Origin: Gammaproteobacteria bacterium
Lineage (GTDB): Bacteria > Pseudomonadota > Gammaproteobacteria > GCA-001735895
Assembly: GCA_050298595.1 (NCBI GenBank)
Contig: JBNKUM010000115.1
Location: 64,001 to 128,000 of the forward strand
DNA: 64,000 nt
Reading direction: 5' to 3'
Part shown: piece by piece, positions 8,713 to 18,189 of the stretch
Layout: each line of letters starts with the position of its first letter
Numbering within the stretch: the stretch's first letter is position 1
Made by a program: the position numbers and the translations under genes
The notes under the pieces: model-generated
What the model was told of the DNA's origin: nothing
Seen by the model: the letters and a program-made list of their open reading frames with translations, nothing else
Databases searched by the model: none

Positions 8713-11268
8713 TTAAATCCATAATAAATAACCAGTCTCCAATGGATGAGTCAGCATTTTATGGAAAGGATACATCCTGATTTTATAATAGTTTAACCCC
8801 GGGCTGGAGGGCCGTAAATTCAGAGTGAAGATGTGATTAAAACCTTCTTTACCCTGGTATTTAAAATGATGCTTTTCCTTTACCGTCAAAAAGCCTTTGC
8901 CATTCCTTATTGATCCTACTACACACTCTACCTGGACATCTTCTGGAGATAAGCCATTTAGATAAGCACTAATTTTAATCAGTAGCTTCTCATCGGTATT
9001 GATGTGAAACATGGAATTATCAACACGTTCAAATTTTATATTATGCCAGTTGGCATGAATTTTATTTTTCCATTTTGCCAATTCAATGGCGCCTGCCGAA
9101 TTATTTTCCAGCAATAATTGTGACTGTCGTTTGGCTGGAGCATATAGTTTTTTCACATAATCCATCACCATGCGTGATGCATTAAAACGTGGAATAGAGG
9201 ATTTCATTGATCCCTTGGAAAGCTTTACCCAGTATTTTGAATAGCCCTGCTTACCGCGATTATAAAAAATAGGAATAACTTCATGTTCCAGAATATCTAG
9301 CAGGTCATTAGCCTCTTCTCGATCACGGGTTTCATCATCAAAATGAACCCCATGCGGTGAAACGGCCCAGCCATTCTTTCCATCATATCCTTCTCCCCAC
9401 CAACCATCCAGAATACTCAGGTTGAGCACACCATTAATCGCTGCTTTTTCACCAGAGGTACCACTGGCTTCCATTGGATACTGAGGTGTGTTAACCCATA
9501 CATCTACACCAGTAACCAGACTGCGTGCCATCGACATATTGTAGTCTTCAAGTAAAATTATTTTACCCTGAAATCTGGCCTGATGGGCATAGTTGTGGAT
9601 GGTTCGAATCAGCTCTTGAGCAGGCTGATCACTGGGATGAGCTTTGCCTGCAAATACTATCATCATTGGTTTTTCCGGATCATTTAACAGGCGTGCCAAT
9701 CGCTCTGGATCCTTAAATAACAATGTAGCCCTTTTATAGGTAGCAAATCTTCGTGCAAATCCAAGTATCAGAACATCGGCTTCGGGTTTATTAATGATCT
9801 GGGTAATACGCTTGATCAAAGCCTCATTGGCATTATTGCGTGTATAGCGCTTTAAGGTATATTTGTGCAGGTTCTCCAGCATCTGCGTTTTTAATTCCTG
9901 ACGCAGGCTCCAGAAGCGATGATCGGGAATGTCATCAATACATTTCCAGTATTTTTTATTTAACAGCTTGTTGCGCCATTCGCGAAAACGCATGTCAAAC
10001 AGGTTCACCCACTCACGCGCGAGAAACGTCGGCACATGCACACCATTGGTGACATAAGTGACTGGATTTTCATGCGGAGGGATCTGTTCCCAGATATAGG
10101 ATGCCATCTCTGAAGCGACACCACCATGAATTCTACTCACCCCATTATGAAAACGTGACCCGCGTAATGCCAATGAAGTCATGTTAAAGCTATGCGGTGT
10201 ATTCGGGGTTGAGCCAATTTTCATAAAATTTTTAAAATCTATACCCAGATTCCCCGCACAGGGTTCAAAAAATTCTTTCATCAAGCCTTCATCAAACATA
10301 TCGTGACCAGCTGAAACCGGAGTATGCGTTGTAAACACATTGCTAGCTGCAACCAGCTCCATCGCAGCACCAAATTGCATTCCAGCAGCCACCAGTTCTC
10401 TGCAACGTTCCAGTATCAGGAATGCCGCATGTCCTTCGTTTATATGCCAAACCGTGGGCTTAAGACCTAATTTGCGGATCAATCGAACACCACCTATGCC
10501 CAGCATAATTTCCTGTTGCAGGCGCATCACTCGATCTCCACCATATAGCTGGAAAGTGATTTCACGATCAGCCGCACTATTTTCTTCCAGGTTACTGTCC
10601 AGCAGATACATACGAGTATGACCCGCCTGTGTTTGCCAGGCCCTGAGTTTAACAATGCGTCCTGGAAACTGTATATCGATGATGATCTCTTTACCTTTAG
10701 CATCGAGCGCTTTTTCAATTGGTAATTCACTGAAACTGGTGACAGGATAGTTTGCTATCTGATTTCCATAGCCATCGATGTGTTGAGTAAAATAACCCTG
10801 CCTGTAAAGCAGACCGATGGCAACGAACGGAACACCTAGATCACTAACGGCTTTGCAATGATCTCCAGCCAGAATACCTAAACCGCCAGAGTAGATGGGG
10901 AAACTCTCATGTAAACCAAACTCTGCACAAAAATAGGCAATTAAATCATTCTCAGCATCCAGATAACCATCGATTTCATCATGTGTGATTTTTTGCAGAT
11001 AGCTGTTATAGGCCGAAATCACACGGTTATATTCTTCCATGAATACATTGTCTTTAGCAGCATCATCCAGCGTTTTCTGTGCGATACGGCGTAAAAACAC
11101 CTTTGGTTTGTGTTCACAACGGCCCCAAAGATCCAAATCAAGCCGGTAAAACAGGCCGCGCACATTGCGATCCCAGCTATACAGCAAGTTGTTCGCTAAC
11201 TCATTCAAGCCGGAAAGTTTCTCTGGAATGACAGGACGGACTTCGAGTTCAAAGAGTGTCGGATTCAT
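8713..11268 (-). CDS. glgP: Alpha-glucan (glycogen/maltodextrin) phosphorylase
   Basis: AYFCAEFGLHESFPIYSGGLGILAGDHCK, HINEGH, GFARRFATYKRA, AGKAHP, EASGTSGEK (PLP lysine), LDGWWGEG. Start 11268 preferred; ORF track gives 11298. Confidence 0.95.
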   Translation of the reverse strand: MNPTLFELEVRPVIPEKLSGLNELANNLLYSWDRNVRGLFYRLDLDLWGRCEHKPKVFLRRIAQKTLDDAAKDNVFMEEYNRVISAYNSYLQKITHDEIDGYLDAENDLIAYFCAEFGLHESFPIYSGGLGILAGDHCKAVSDLGVPFVAIGLLYRQGYFTQHIDGYGNQIANYPVTSFSELPIEKALDAKGKEIIIDIQFPGRIVKLRAWQTQAGHTRMYLLDSNLEENSAADREITFQLYGGDRVMRLQQEIMLGIGGVRLIRKLGLKPTVWHINEGHAAFLILERCRELVAAGMQFGAAMELVAASNVFTTHTPVSAGHDMFDEGLMKEFFEPCAGNLGIDFKNFMKIGSTPNTPHSFNMTSLALRGSRFHNGVSRIHGGVASEMASYIWEQIPPHENPVTYVTNGVHVPTFLAREWVNLFDMRFREWRNKLLNKKYWKCIDDIPDHRFWSLRQELKTQMLENLHKYTLKRYTRNNANEALIKRITQIINKPEADVLILGFARRFATYKRATLLFKDPERLARLLNDPEKPMMIVFAGKAHPSDQPAQELIRTIHNYAHQARFQGKIILLEDYNMSMARSLVTGVDVWVNTPQYPMEASGTSGEKAAINGVLNLSILDGWWGEGYDGKNGWAVSPHGVHFDDETRDREEANDLLDILEHEVIPIFYNRGKQGYSKYWVKLSKGSMKSSIPRFNASRMVMDYVKKLYAPAKRQSQLLLENNSAGAIELAKWKNKIHANWHNIKFERVDNSMFHINTDEKLLIKISAYLNGLSPEDVQVECVVGSIRNGKGFLTVKEKHHFKYQGKEGFNHIFTLNLRPSSPGLNYYKIRMYPFHKMLTHPLETGYLLWI

Positions 11269-11397
11269 AGTCTTTACAGGTTGCATGATTTGATACAATT
11301 TAAATCATAGCACCATGAACGGATGTCGACCATGTTTTAGCTCAATTGAGGCTGCTTGCGTTAAAGCGCTGATTAAATCAGGTTGCGTTTTTTATTA

Positions 11398-11410
11398 AAT
11401 CAATGGCTTA
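11398..11410 (+). promoter_or_regulatory. IHF-consensus site upstream of glgP
   Basis: AATCAATGGCTTA matches WATCAANNNNTTR with an A/T-rich 5' flank. Confidence 0.35.
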
Positions 11411-11627
11411 CAGCTGATCATTTAATTTCCAGAATATGCCAGTATACAGAGTACGGTTTGGGACCAGGAGTAGTCTTTAAGATGATGGAAAAAGAAAAGA
11501 TGCGTCTACTTTCATTTGCAGGGGTTGTCAGCGATTTCAGTATTTATGAAGAAAGGACAGCTCTGTTACTTTTATGCAGACATAATACTGGAACCATAAA
11601 ATTTACCAGACTGTAGGGCATGCTTAA

Positions 11628-11658
11628 CCTTTCGGGTTCATCCTTGAACCCGACGAGG
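11628..11658 (-). promoter_or_regulatory. Hairpin with CsrA/RsmA-type loop in the ftsZ 3' UTR
   Basis: Minus strand CCTCG-TCGGGTTCA-AGGA-TGAACCCGA-AAGG; UCAAGGAUGA matches (A/U)CANGGANG(U/A). Confidence 0.45.
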
Positions 11659-11678
11659 TGTAAGAGAAGTTCAGGCTA

Positions 11679-12842
11679 TTAGTCAGCCTGGCGACGCAGA
11701 AATGCCGGAATTTCCAGATATTCCATACTTTGTTTATCCATTGACATTTCAACAGTATCGCCCATGACTTTCTTGCTGGTACGCATTATAGTAGGTTGAT
11801 CCAGTTTAGCGTAATCGATCTCACCAGTACGCTCCCGTTTTATGCTGGCAACTTCAGCAGGAACTGGTTGAACCTCTTCCTTCTTCTTACCTAGCCCTGT
11901 GGCAACTAGAGTTACGCGCAATTCACCATTAGTCATTTCCGAGTCAATTACGGTACCAACTACTACCGTAGCATCATCCGAAGCCATAGAGGTAATGGTA
12001 TTACCCACATCGTCCAGTTCACCAATCGATAGATCCAGACCCGCTGTGATATTTACCAGTATACCCTGAGCACCAGCGATATTGATATCTTCCAGCAATG
12101 GAGATGCAACCGCCTTTTCGGCCGCTTCTTTGGCACGATTATCTCCGGTTGCTGTACCAGAACCCATCATCGCCATACCCATTTCTGACATAACCGTACG
12201 TACGTCAGCAAAGTCGACATTGATCAGACCTGGGCAGGTGATCAGTTCTGCAATACCCTGTACAGCGCCACGCAGTACGTCATTGGCCGTCTTAAATACT
12301 TCCAACACTGAGGTCTGTTTACCCAGTACTGGTAGTAACTTCTCATTGGGAATAGTAATCAGTGAATCCACCATACCGGCTAATTCCTTGATACCCTGAT
12401 CCGCCAGCATCATGCGCTTGGCACGCTCAAAGCCAAACGGCTTTGTGACAACAGCTACGGTCAAGATTCCCAATTCTTTAGCGATTTGTGCAATGACTGG
12501 CGCCGCACCGGTACCAGTACCACCACCCATACCCGCAGTGATAAATAACATATCAGTACCAGCAACTGCTTCCTGAATTCTTTCCCGATCTTCCATCGCG
12601 GCCTGACGACCAATACCCGGGTCAGCGCCCGCTCCCAGACCTTTGGTAATGCTGCTACCGATCTGAATTGTGGTTTTAGCATTCATATTTTTCAGCGCCT
12701 GAATATCGGTGTTGACGCACATAAACTCTACGCCTTCGATACCCGACTCCACCATATGCTGGACGGCATTACCGCCACCGCCGCCTACACCCATTACTTT
12801 AATTGTCGCACTTTGTGAAAATGCATCCATTAGTTCAAACAT
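11679..12842 (-). CDS. ftsZ: Cell division protein FtsZ
   Basis: IKVMGVGGGGGNAV, GMGGGTGTG tubulin signature, INVDFADV, C-terminal LEIPAFLRRQAD. Confidence 0.99.
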   Translation of the reverse strand: MFELMDAFSQSATIKVMGVGGGGGNAVQHMVESGIEGVEFMCVNTDIQALKNMNAKTTIQIGSSITKGLGAGADPGIGRQAAMEDRERIQEAVAGTDMLFITAGMGGGTGTGAAPVIAQIAKELGILTVAVVTKPFGFERAKRMMLADQGIKELAGMVDSLITIPNEKLLPVLGKQTSVLEVFKTANDVLRGAVQGIAELITCPGLINVDFADVRTVMSEMGMAMMGSGTATGDNRAKEAAEKAVASPLLEDINIAGAQGILVNITAGLDLSIGELDDVGNTITSMASDDATVVVGTVIDSEMTNGELRVTLVATGLGKKKEEVQPVPAEVASIKRERTGEIDYAKLDQPTIMRTSKKVMGDTVEMSMDKQSMEYLEIPAFLRRQAD

Positions 12843-12873
12843 GATATGTCCCCTCTTACTTTTAAGTTGATGA

Positions 12874-14109
12874 CTAAAAATTACCCTGGAACCAGCTTTT
12901 CATTCTCATCCATAAGCTGTCCCCAGTGTTTTCTTCCAGTTCACGACTGGAAAAACTGCTACGCTGCTTGTTACCAAACAGCAATAAGCCTACCCCAGTT
13001 GCATGGATAGGATTACGAATCACATCGACCAGGCCCTTCACGTGTTGTGGCACGCCCAGTCTTACCGGCATATGGAATATCTCTTCGGCGAGTTCCACCA
13101 CGCCATCCATCTTGGAACTACCGCCGGTGAGCACGACACCTGCGGCACAGATTTCTTCAAAACCTGAACGTCTGAGCTCTGCATGCACCAGATTCAGTAA
13201 CTCTTCATAACGCGGCTCGACCACTTCAGCCAGGGTCTGGCGTGACAGTCGGCGTGGTTCGCGATCTCCCACACTCGGTACTTCAATGGTTTCGTCTTCT
13301 TTCGCCAATTGACGCAGTGCGCAGGCATATTTAATTTTCAGATCGTTGGCATACTGGGTGGGTGTACGCAATGCGACTGCGATATCATTGGTGACCTGAT
13401 CTCCAGCTATAGGGATTACAGCGGTATGTCTGATAGCCCCTTCAGTAAAGATCGCAATGTCAGTAGTACCGCCACCAATGTCCACCAGACAAACCCCCAG
13501 TTCTTTTTCATCTTCTGTCAGAACTGCAGCGCTGGACGCCAGTTGCTCCAGAATGATGTCGTCCACATCAAGTCCGCAACGACGCACACACTTGATAATA
13601 TTCTGAGCTGCACTCACCGATCCAGTAACCAGATGTACGCGCGATTCCAGGCGTACACCAGACATACTAATGGGATCGCGTATGCCTTCCTGGTTATCTA
13701 TCAGAAATTCCTGTGGTAATACATGCAAGATGCGTTGGTCAGCAGGTATCGCTACCGCTTTGGCCGCATCGATTACTCGTGCCACATCAGCAGGCGTAAC
13801 TTCTTTATCTTTAATCGCCACAATGCCATGCGAGTTAATACTTCTTACATGACTGCCAGCTATGCCGGCGTATACCGAACGAATCTGACAACCTGCCATC
13901 AATTCAGCTTCTTCTACCGCACGTTGAATTGACTGTACAGTAGATTCGATATTAACTACGACACCTTTTTTAAGTCCGCGTGATGGTTGAGTACCGATAC
14001 CGATAATCTCGATATCGCCTTCTACGGTAACCTCGCCTACGATTGCCACAATCTTTGATGTGCCTATATCCAGCCCGACAATCAAATTGTTTTCACCTTT
14101 TTTAGACAT
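12874..14109 (-). CDS. ftsA: Cell division protein FtsA
   Basis: IVGLDIGTSK, DIGGGTTD, IPIAGDQVTNDIA, C-terminal amphipathic WMRMKSWFQGNF. Confidence 0.98.
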   Translation of the reverse strand: MSKKGENNLIVGLDIGTSKIVAIVGEVTVEGDIEIIGIGTQPSRGLKKGVVVNIESTVQSIQRAVEEAELMAGCQIRSVYAGIAGSHVRSINSHGIVAIKDKEVTPADVARVIDAAKAVAIPADQRILHVLPQEFLIDNQEGIRDPISMSGVRLESRVHLVTGSVSAAQNIIKCVRRCGLDVDDIILEQLASSAAVLTEDEKELGVCLVDIGGGTTDIAIFTEGAIRHTAVIPIAGDQVTNDIAVALRTPTQYANDLKIKYACALRQLAKEDETIEVPSVGDREPRRLSRQTLAEVVEPRYEELLNLVHAELRRSGFEEICAAGVVLTGGSSKMDGVVELAEEIFHMPVRLGVPQHVKGLVDVIRNPIHATGVGLLLFGNKQRSSFSSRELEENTGDSLWMRMKSWFQGNF

Positions 14110-14929
14110 TCTTGTTGCCCCGTTTCATGTCACTTATCTGTTGCTGGTCTTCTTTCTTCCAGGCAATGGCAAAGCCGTTGCTATAGCGGAAATCGATATA
14201 CTTAATAAATTCTTTCTTTGGTTTAATCTGCATGGGATATACCGCCAGCATTTTATAGATTTTCTGTTCAGTTTCATCGGTACCCAGATTAACCTTGAGG
14301 TACTCATCCAGTAACAAACTGAGAGCGCCCTTACTATCTTCACTTAATGCAGAAAGCTGGATACCATTTTCAGCAAACTTTTGTTTCAATTCCAAATACC
14401 TCTGTAACAGTTCAGCACTTTGACCGACATAACCGTTTATCAGTGGCAAATTCATAAAAGCCTTACTATCCGCTTCAAACACCCTGGCTTTGGTACTTAA
14501 TAAATGGGATTCATCCCAGCGCGCAAAGGCCTGATTTTCGATTACAGATACTACGATCTTACTGGGCCATACCCTTCGCACCGAGACCTCGTCTATCCAG
14601 GATTGCTGACTTACCTGGTCCTGAATTTTCTGTATATCTACCGAGAAAAAGCCCGCACCCAGATAAGGCTTTAACTGCTGCTGTAACTTATCAGTATCCA
14701 CTTGTCTGAACTCACCGGTAATTCTGATCTTTTCGATCGGCAACCATTGCTCACGTGGCACTAAAGCTACTGCCAGACCAAGCGCGATAAAAACCAGCGC
14801 CATTACTACGTAACGTTTCCTGATGCGCAGCTGAAACTGTTCTTTCTTCTGCTTTCTACTTGCCTGAGCTCGTGACTTAGGCCTGCCCTCTTCTTTGGCA
14901 CTTTTTCTAAAAGGAATCAACTTAAGCAT
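14102..14929 (-). CDS. ftsQ: Cell division protein FtsQ
   Basis: Basic N-tail, one TM helix, POTRA region (WIDEVSVRRVWPSKI), YIDFRYSNGFAIAW; lies between ddl and ftsA. ATG 14929 overlaps the end of ddl. Confidence 0.92.
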   Translation of the reverse strand: MLKLIPFRKSAKEEGRPKSRAQASRKQKKEQFQLRIRKRYVVMALVFIALGLAVALVPREQWLPIEKIRITGEFRQVDTDKLQQQLKPYLGAGFFSVDIQKIQDQVSQQSWIDEVSVRRVWPSKIVVSVIENQAFARWDESHLLSTKARVFEADSKAFMNLPLINGYVGQSAELLQRYLELKQKFAENGIQLSALSEDSKGALSLLLDEYLKVNLGTDETEQKIYKMLAVYPMQIKPKKEFIKYIDFRYSNGFAIAWKKEDQQQISDMKRGNKNV

Positions 14930-15884
14930 TTGATATCTCTTCGTCCAGGGTATATTCAACCAGCTTCAATACCAGCTGTGAAAAACTCAACCCCGCCTCT
15001 TTAGCAGCCATAGGCACCAGACTGTGATCGGTCATACCAGGGACGGTATTCACTTCAATCACCTGAAACACACCCTGCTGATCACGCATTAAATCGATAC
15101 GCCCCCAGTGGCGTAAGCCACATATTTCAGCAGTTCGCGCAACTAGTTGATTCAATTGCTGCAGTTCATCTTCAGCTAAACCACAGGGACAGATATACCT
15201 TGTATCGCTGGCAATATATTTAGCATCGTAATCATAAAAGACATGTGGTGTCTCCAGCCTGATGGCGGGCAACACGGTTGCGCCCATCCAGGCTACGGTA
15301 TATTCACTACCTGCTATCCACTGCTCGGCCAGCACCGGACCAAATTTAGCTGCTAGCAGGTATGCATCTTCAAGCAGAGCAGCATCAGTTACCTTGGTCA
15401 TACCGATACTGGAACCTTCCAGCGAGGGTTTAATGATCATCGGTAATCCGATGAGATCTAAAGCCTGTTTACAATCCTGTAAAGAATTCAACTCACAGAA
15501 TAACGGTGTTTGTAGGCCGCAACCCTGTAACAGACGTTTGGTCATTAACTTATCCATAGTCACCGCTGAGGCACGAATACTGCTGCCAACATAAGGTATT
15601 TGCAGAGATTCCAGTATGCCCTGTACCTGACCATCTTCTCCTACCCGACCATGTAGAATATTAAATACGCGGTCGGCCTTAAGCTCACTCAACTGCTGGC
15701 AGATATTGTGTTGAATATCTACACCAAAAGCATCAACACCAGCATCCAGTAAGCCCTGTAACACAAAACTGCCTGACTTCAGAGAAACTTCACGTTCTGC
15801 AGCAGTGCCACCCATCAACACCGCGACTCTGCCACATTTAGCAGCAGTATCCTGTGCTGGTTGTAAGTGTGCAAAACTCATCAA
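14922..15884 (-). CDS. ddl: D-alanine--D-alanine ligase
   Basis: VAVLMGGTAAEREVSLKSG, LHGRVGEDG, IKPSLEGSSIG, YDYDAKY, EVNTVPGMTDHSLVP. Confidence 0.97.
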   Translation of the reverse strand: MMSFAHLQPAQDTAAKCGRVAVLMGGTAAEREVSLKSGSFVLQGLLDAGVDAFGVDIQHNICQQLSELKADRVFNILHGRVGEDGQVQGILESLQIPYVGSSIRASAVTMDKLMTKRLLQGCGLQTPLFCELNSLQDCKQALDLIGLPMIIKPSLEGSSIGMTKVTDAALLEDAYLLAAKFGPVLAEQWIAGSEYTVAWMGATVLPAIRLETPHVFYDYDAKYIASDTRYICPCGLAEDELQQLNQLVARTAEICGLRHWGRIDLMRDQQGVFQVIEVNTVPGMTDHSLVPMAAKEAGLSFSQLVLKLVEYTLDEEISNA

Positions 15885-16774
15885 CGTTCTCCAATAATTC
15901 TAACTTCGTGCTGAAGTTCTACAGAAAATTTTTGCTTCACTTCGCTACGAACCTTTTCAATCAGGTCTTCAATATCATTAGCTCTGGCACTACCGGTATT
16001 GATAATAAAGTTTGCATGTTTTTCCGATACACAGGCTTCGCCGATGCAGCTTCCTTTTAAGCCACAGGCTTCTATCAGGCGTGCAGCATAATCACCTTCG
16101 GGGTTCTTAAACACCGAACCACAGGAAGGCAAGCCGACTGGCTGACTGTTATTACGCTGTTCCAGTAACTCACGAATGCGCGATTGCTGCTCAACATCAC
16201 GAGCAGGGAAACTAAATACTGCGGCACTAAACCATTCGTTAGCTGCACGATTGACGCTACGGTAGGACACATCGAATTCATGCTTTTGACGTTCAATCAA
16301 TTCACCCTGTAGATTCATCATTTCCAGCGACTCAACAAACTGCCAGGTTTCATAGCCGAAGGCACCCGCATTCATCGCCAGCGCACCACCCATAGTACCG
16401 GGTATGCCAGCCAGAAAATCTGCGCCAGATAAATCATGCTGCTGACAAAAGCGTGCAAATTTTGCACAGGTGACACCAGCTTCGGCGTAAACACTGCCAT
16501 CACTTAGCTGACGTAGATCATTTAACTTTTGTAAAACCACTATCGCCACACCACGCAGGCCGCCATCGCGCACCAGCAAATTACTGCCCAGTCCCACCCA
16601 GGTGACTGGCTGTTGTGCATCTACAGTTTGCAAGAACACAGACAGGTCATCCTTATCAGCTGGTTCGTAGTAAATATCTGCCGCACCACCTGCACGCCAG
16701 CTACAATGACGCGCCATCGACTCATTGTGTAAAAGTCGTCCACGGATATTATGTGACATTGCCTGTGCCATCAA
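15881..16774 (-). CDS. murB: UDP-N-acetylmuramate dehydrogenase
   Basis: SWRAGGAA, GLGSNLLVRDGG, GIPGTMGGALAMNAGA, QP..LPSCGSVFKNP, SEKHANFIIN. Confidence 0.96.
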   Translation of the reverse strand: MMAQAMSHNIRGRLLHNESMARHCSWRAGGAADIYYEPADKDDLSVFLQTVDAQQPVTWVGLGSNLLVRDGGLRGVAIVVLQKLNDLRQLSDGSVYAEAGVTCAKFARFCQQHDLSGADFLAGIPGTMGGALAMNAGAFGYETWQFVESLEMMNLQGELIERQKHEFDVSYRSVNRAANEWFSAAVFSFPARDVEQQSRIRELLEQRNNSQPVGLPSCGSVFKNPEGDYAARLIEACGLKGSCIGEACVSEKHANFIINTGSARANDIEDLIEKVRSEVKQKFSVELQHEVRIIGER

Positions 16775-18189
16775 ACAGCCGCCTCCTGATGAGTGGCAAT
16801 AAATTCAATGGCAAAAGCACCGATACTACCGGCACCCAGAGTCACCACAATGTCATTGTCTTCAATAACATCAGGTAACACGCTGCCCAACTCAGCTATG
16901 TCTTCTACAAAAACAGGGTCAATGCGACCTCGACTGCGTATCGCACGGCTTAAGGCTCGTCCATCGGCATCTTTAATATACTTTTCTCCAGCAGCATAAA
17001 CCTCTAACAACACCAGTTGATCTACTTCTGATAACACCTGTGCGAAGTCTTCGAACAAATCGCGTGTACGGGTATATCGATGCGGTTGAAACACGACCAT
17101 TAATCTTTGCTCGGGCCACGCTAAACGTATCGCCTGTATGGTGGCTCGTATTTCATTCGGATGATGGCCGTAATCATCTATATGGCGAATAGTTTTACCA
17201 TCCACTCGCAGGTTTTCTGTGATCTGGAATCGACGTCCAATTCCAGCAAAACTAGTCAGGGCAGTTTGCATTTGCTCTCCGCTGACACCTAATTCCCAAC
17301 CTATGCAAAGTGCCGCCGTTGAATTCAGCACATTATGTAGACCTGCCAGATTGAGTTTGATGCTGACCTGTTTTTGATCCGGGAAAGTGACTTTAAAATA
17401 AGTTTTTGATCCTTCTGCCCTGACGTCAGTGATGCGCACATCAGCATCTGCTGACACCCCATAGCTCAGTACAGGGCGAGAAACCTGTGGCAGAATTTCA
17501 CGTACCACATCATCATCGATACACACTACTGCTAAACCATAAAAAGGTAGATGGTGTAGAAACTCAACAAAGGTCTGTTTAAGACGCTCAAAATCACCTT
17601 CATAGGTCGACAGGTGATCCTGATCTATGTTGGTCACGATCGCCATCACTGGTTGCAGATACAAAAAAGAGGCATCGCTTTCATCAGCTTCTGCTACCAG
17701 GTATTCGCTGGCACCCAGTTCCGCATGGCGCCCTGAACTGTTCAATTTGCCACCTATCACATAGGTAGGATCCAGGCCACCTTCAACCAGCACTGAAGTC
17801 AGTAACGAGGTAGTGGTGGTTTTTCCATGCGTGCCTGCAACCGCAATACCCTGACGAAAACGCATCAACTCAGCCAGCATTTCTGCACGTCTTACAATGG
17901 GGATGCGCTGTTCCTTGGCAGTCAGAATCTCAGGATTGGAATCATCAATTGCTGTGGAAACAACAACTACGTGCGTGTCTGAGATATTCTCTGCGCGATG
18001 ACCAAGCTCAACATGTATACCAATACTACGTAAATGCCTTACTACAGCGCTTTCATTGATGTCGGAACCGCTGATCTTATAACCCAGATTGTGGAATACC
18101 TCGGCGATGCCACTCATACCTGCGCCACCTATACCCACAAAATGTATCTTACGGATCCTTCGCATAAAATTTCTATTCGACTGCGTCAT
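16771..18189 (-). CDS. murC: UDP-N-acetylmuramate--L-alanine ligase
   Basis: IHFVGIGGAGMSGIAEV, AGTHGKTTTTS, EADESDASFL, DDYGHHPNE, FQPHRYTRT. Confidence 0.98.
   Translation of the reverse strand: MTQSNRNFMRRIRKIHFVGIGGAGMSGIAEVFHNLGYKISGSDINESAVVRHLRSIGIHVELGHRAENISDTHVVVVSTAIDDSNPEILTAKEQRIPIVRRAEMLAELMRFRQGIAVAGTHGKTTTTSLLTSVLVEGGLDPTYVIGGKLNSSGRHAELGASEYLVAEADESDASFLYLQPVMAIVTNIDQDHLSTYEGDFERLKQTFVEFLHHLPFYGLAVVCIDDDVVREILPQVSRPVLSYGVSADADVRITDVRAEGSKTYFKVTFPDQKQVSIKLNLAGLHNVLNSTAALCIGWELGVSGEQMQTALTSFAGIGRRFQITENLRVDGKTIRHIDDYGHHPNEIRATIQAIRLAWPEQRLMVVFQPHRYTRTRDLFEDFAQVLSEVDQLVLLEVYAAGEKYIKDADGRALSRAIRSRGRIDPVFVEDIAELGSVLPDVIEDNDIVVTLGAGSIGAFAIEFIATHQEAAV

Noticed and set aside
11383-11616. 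77-aa plus-strand ORF between glgP and ftsZ
   Set aside because: TTG start, no SD and no recognisable motif; it lies in the probable glgP promoter region and shows no resemblance to lpxC.
15881-16774. murB located between murC and ddl
   Set aside because: Differs from E. coli but is a common ancestral dcw arrangement, so not novel.
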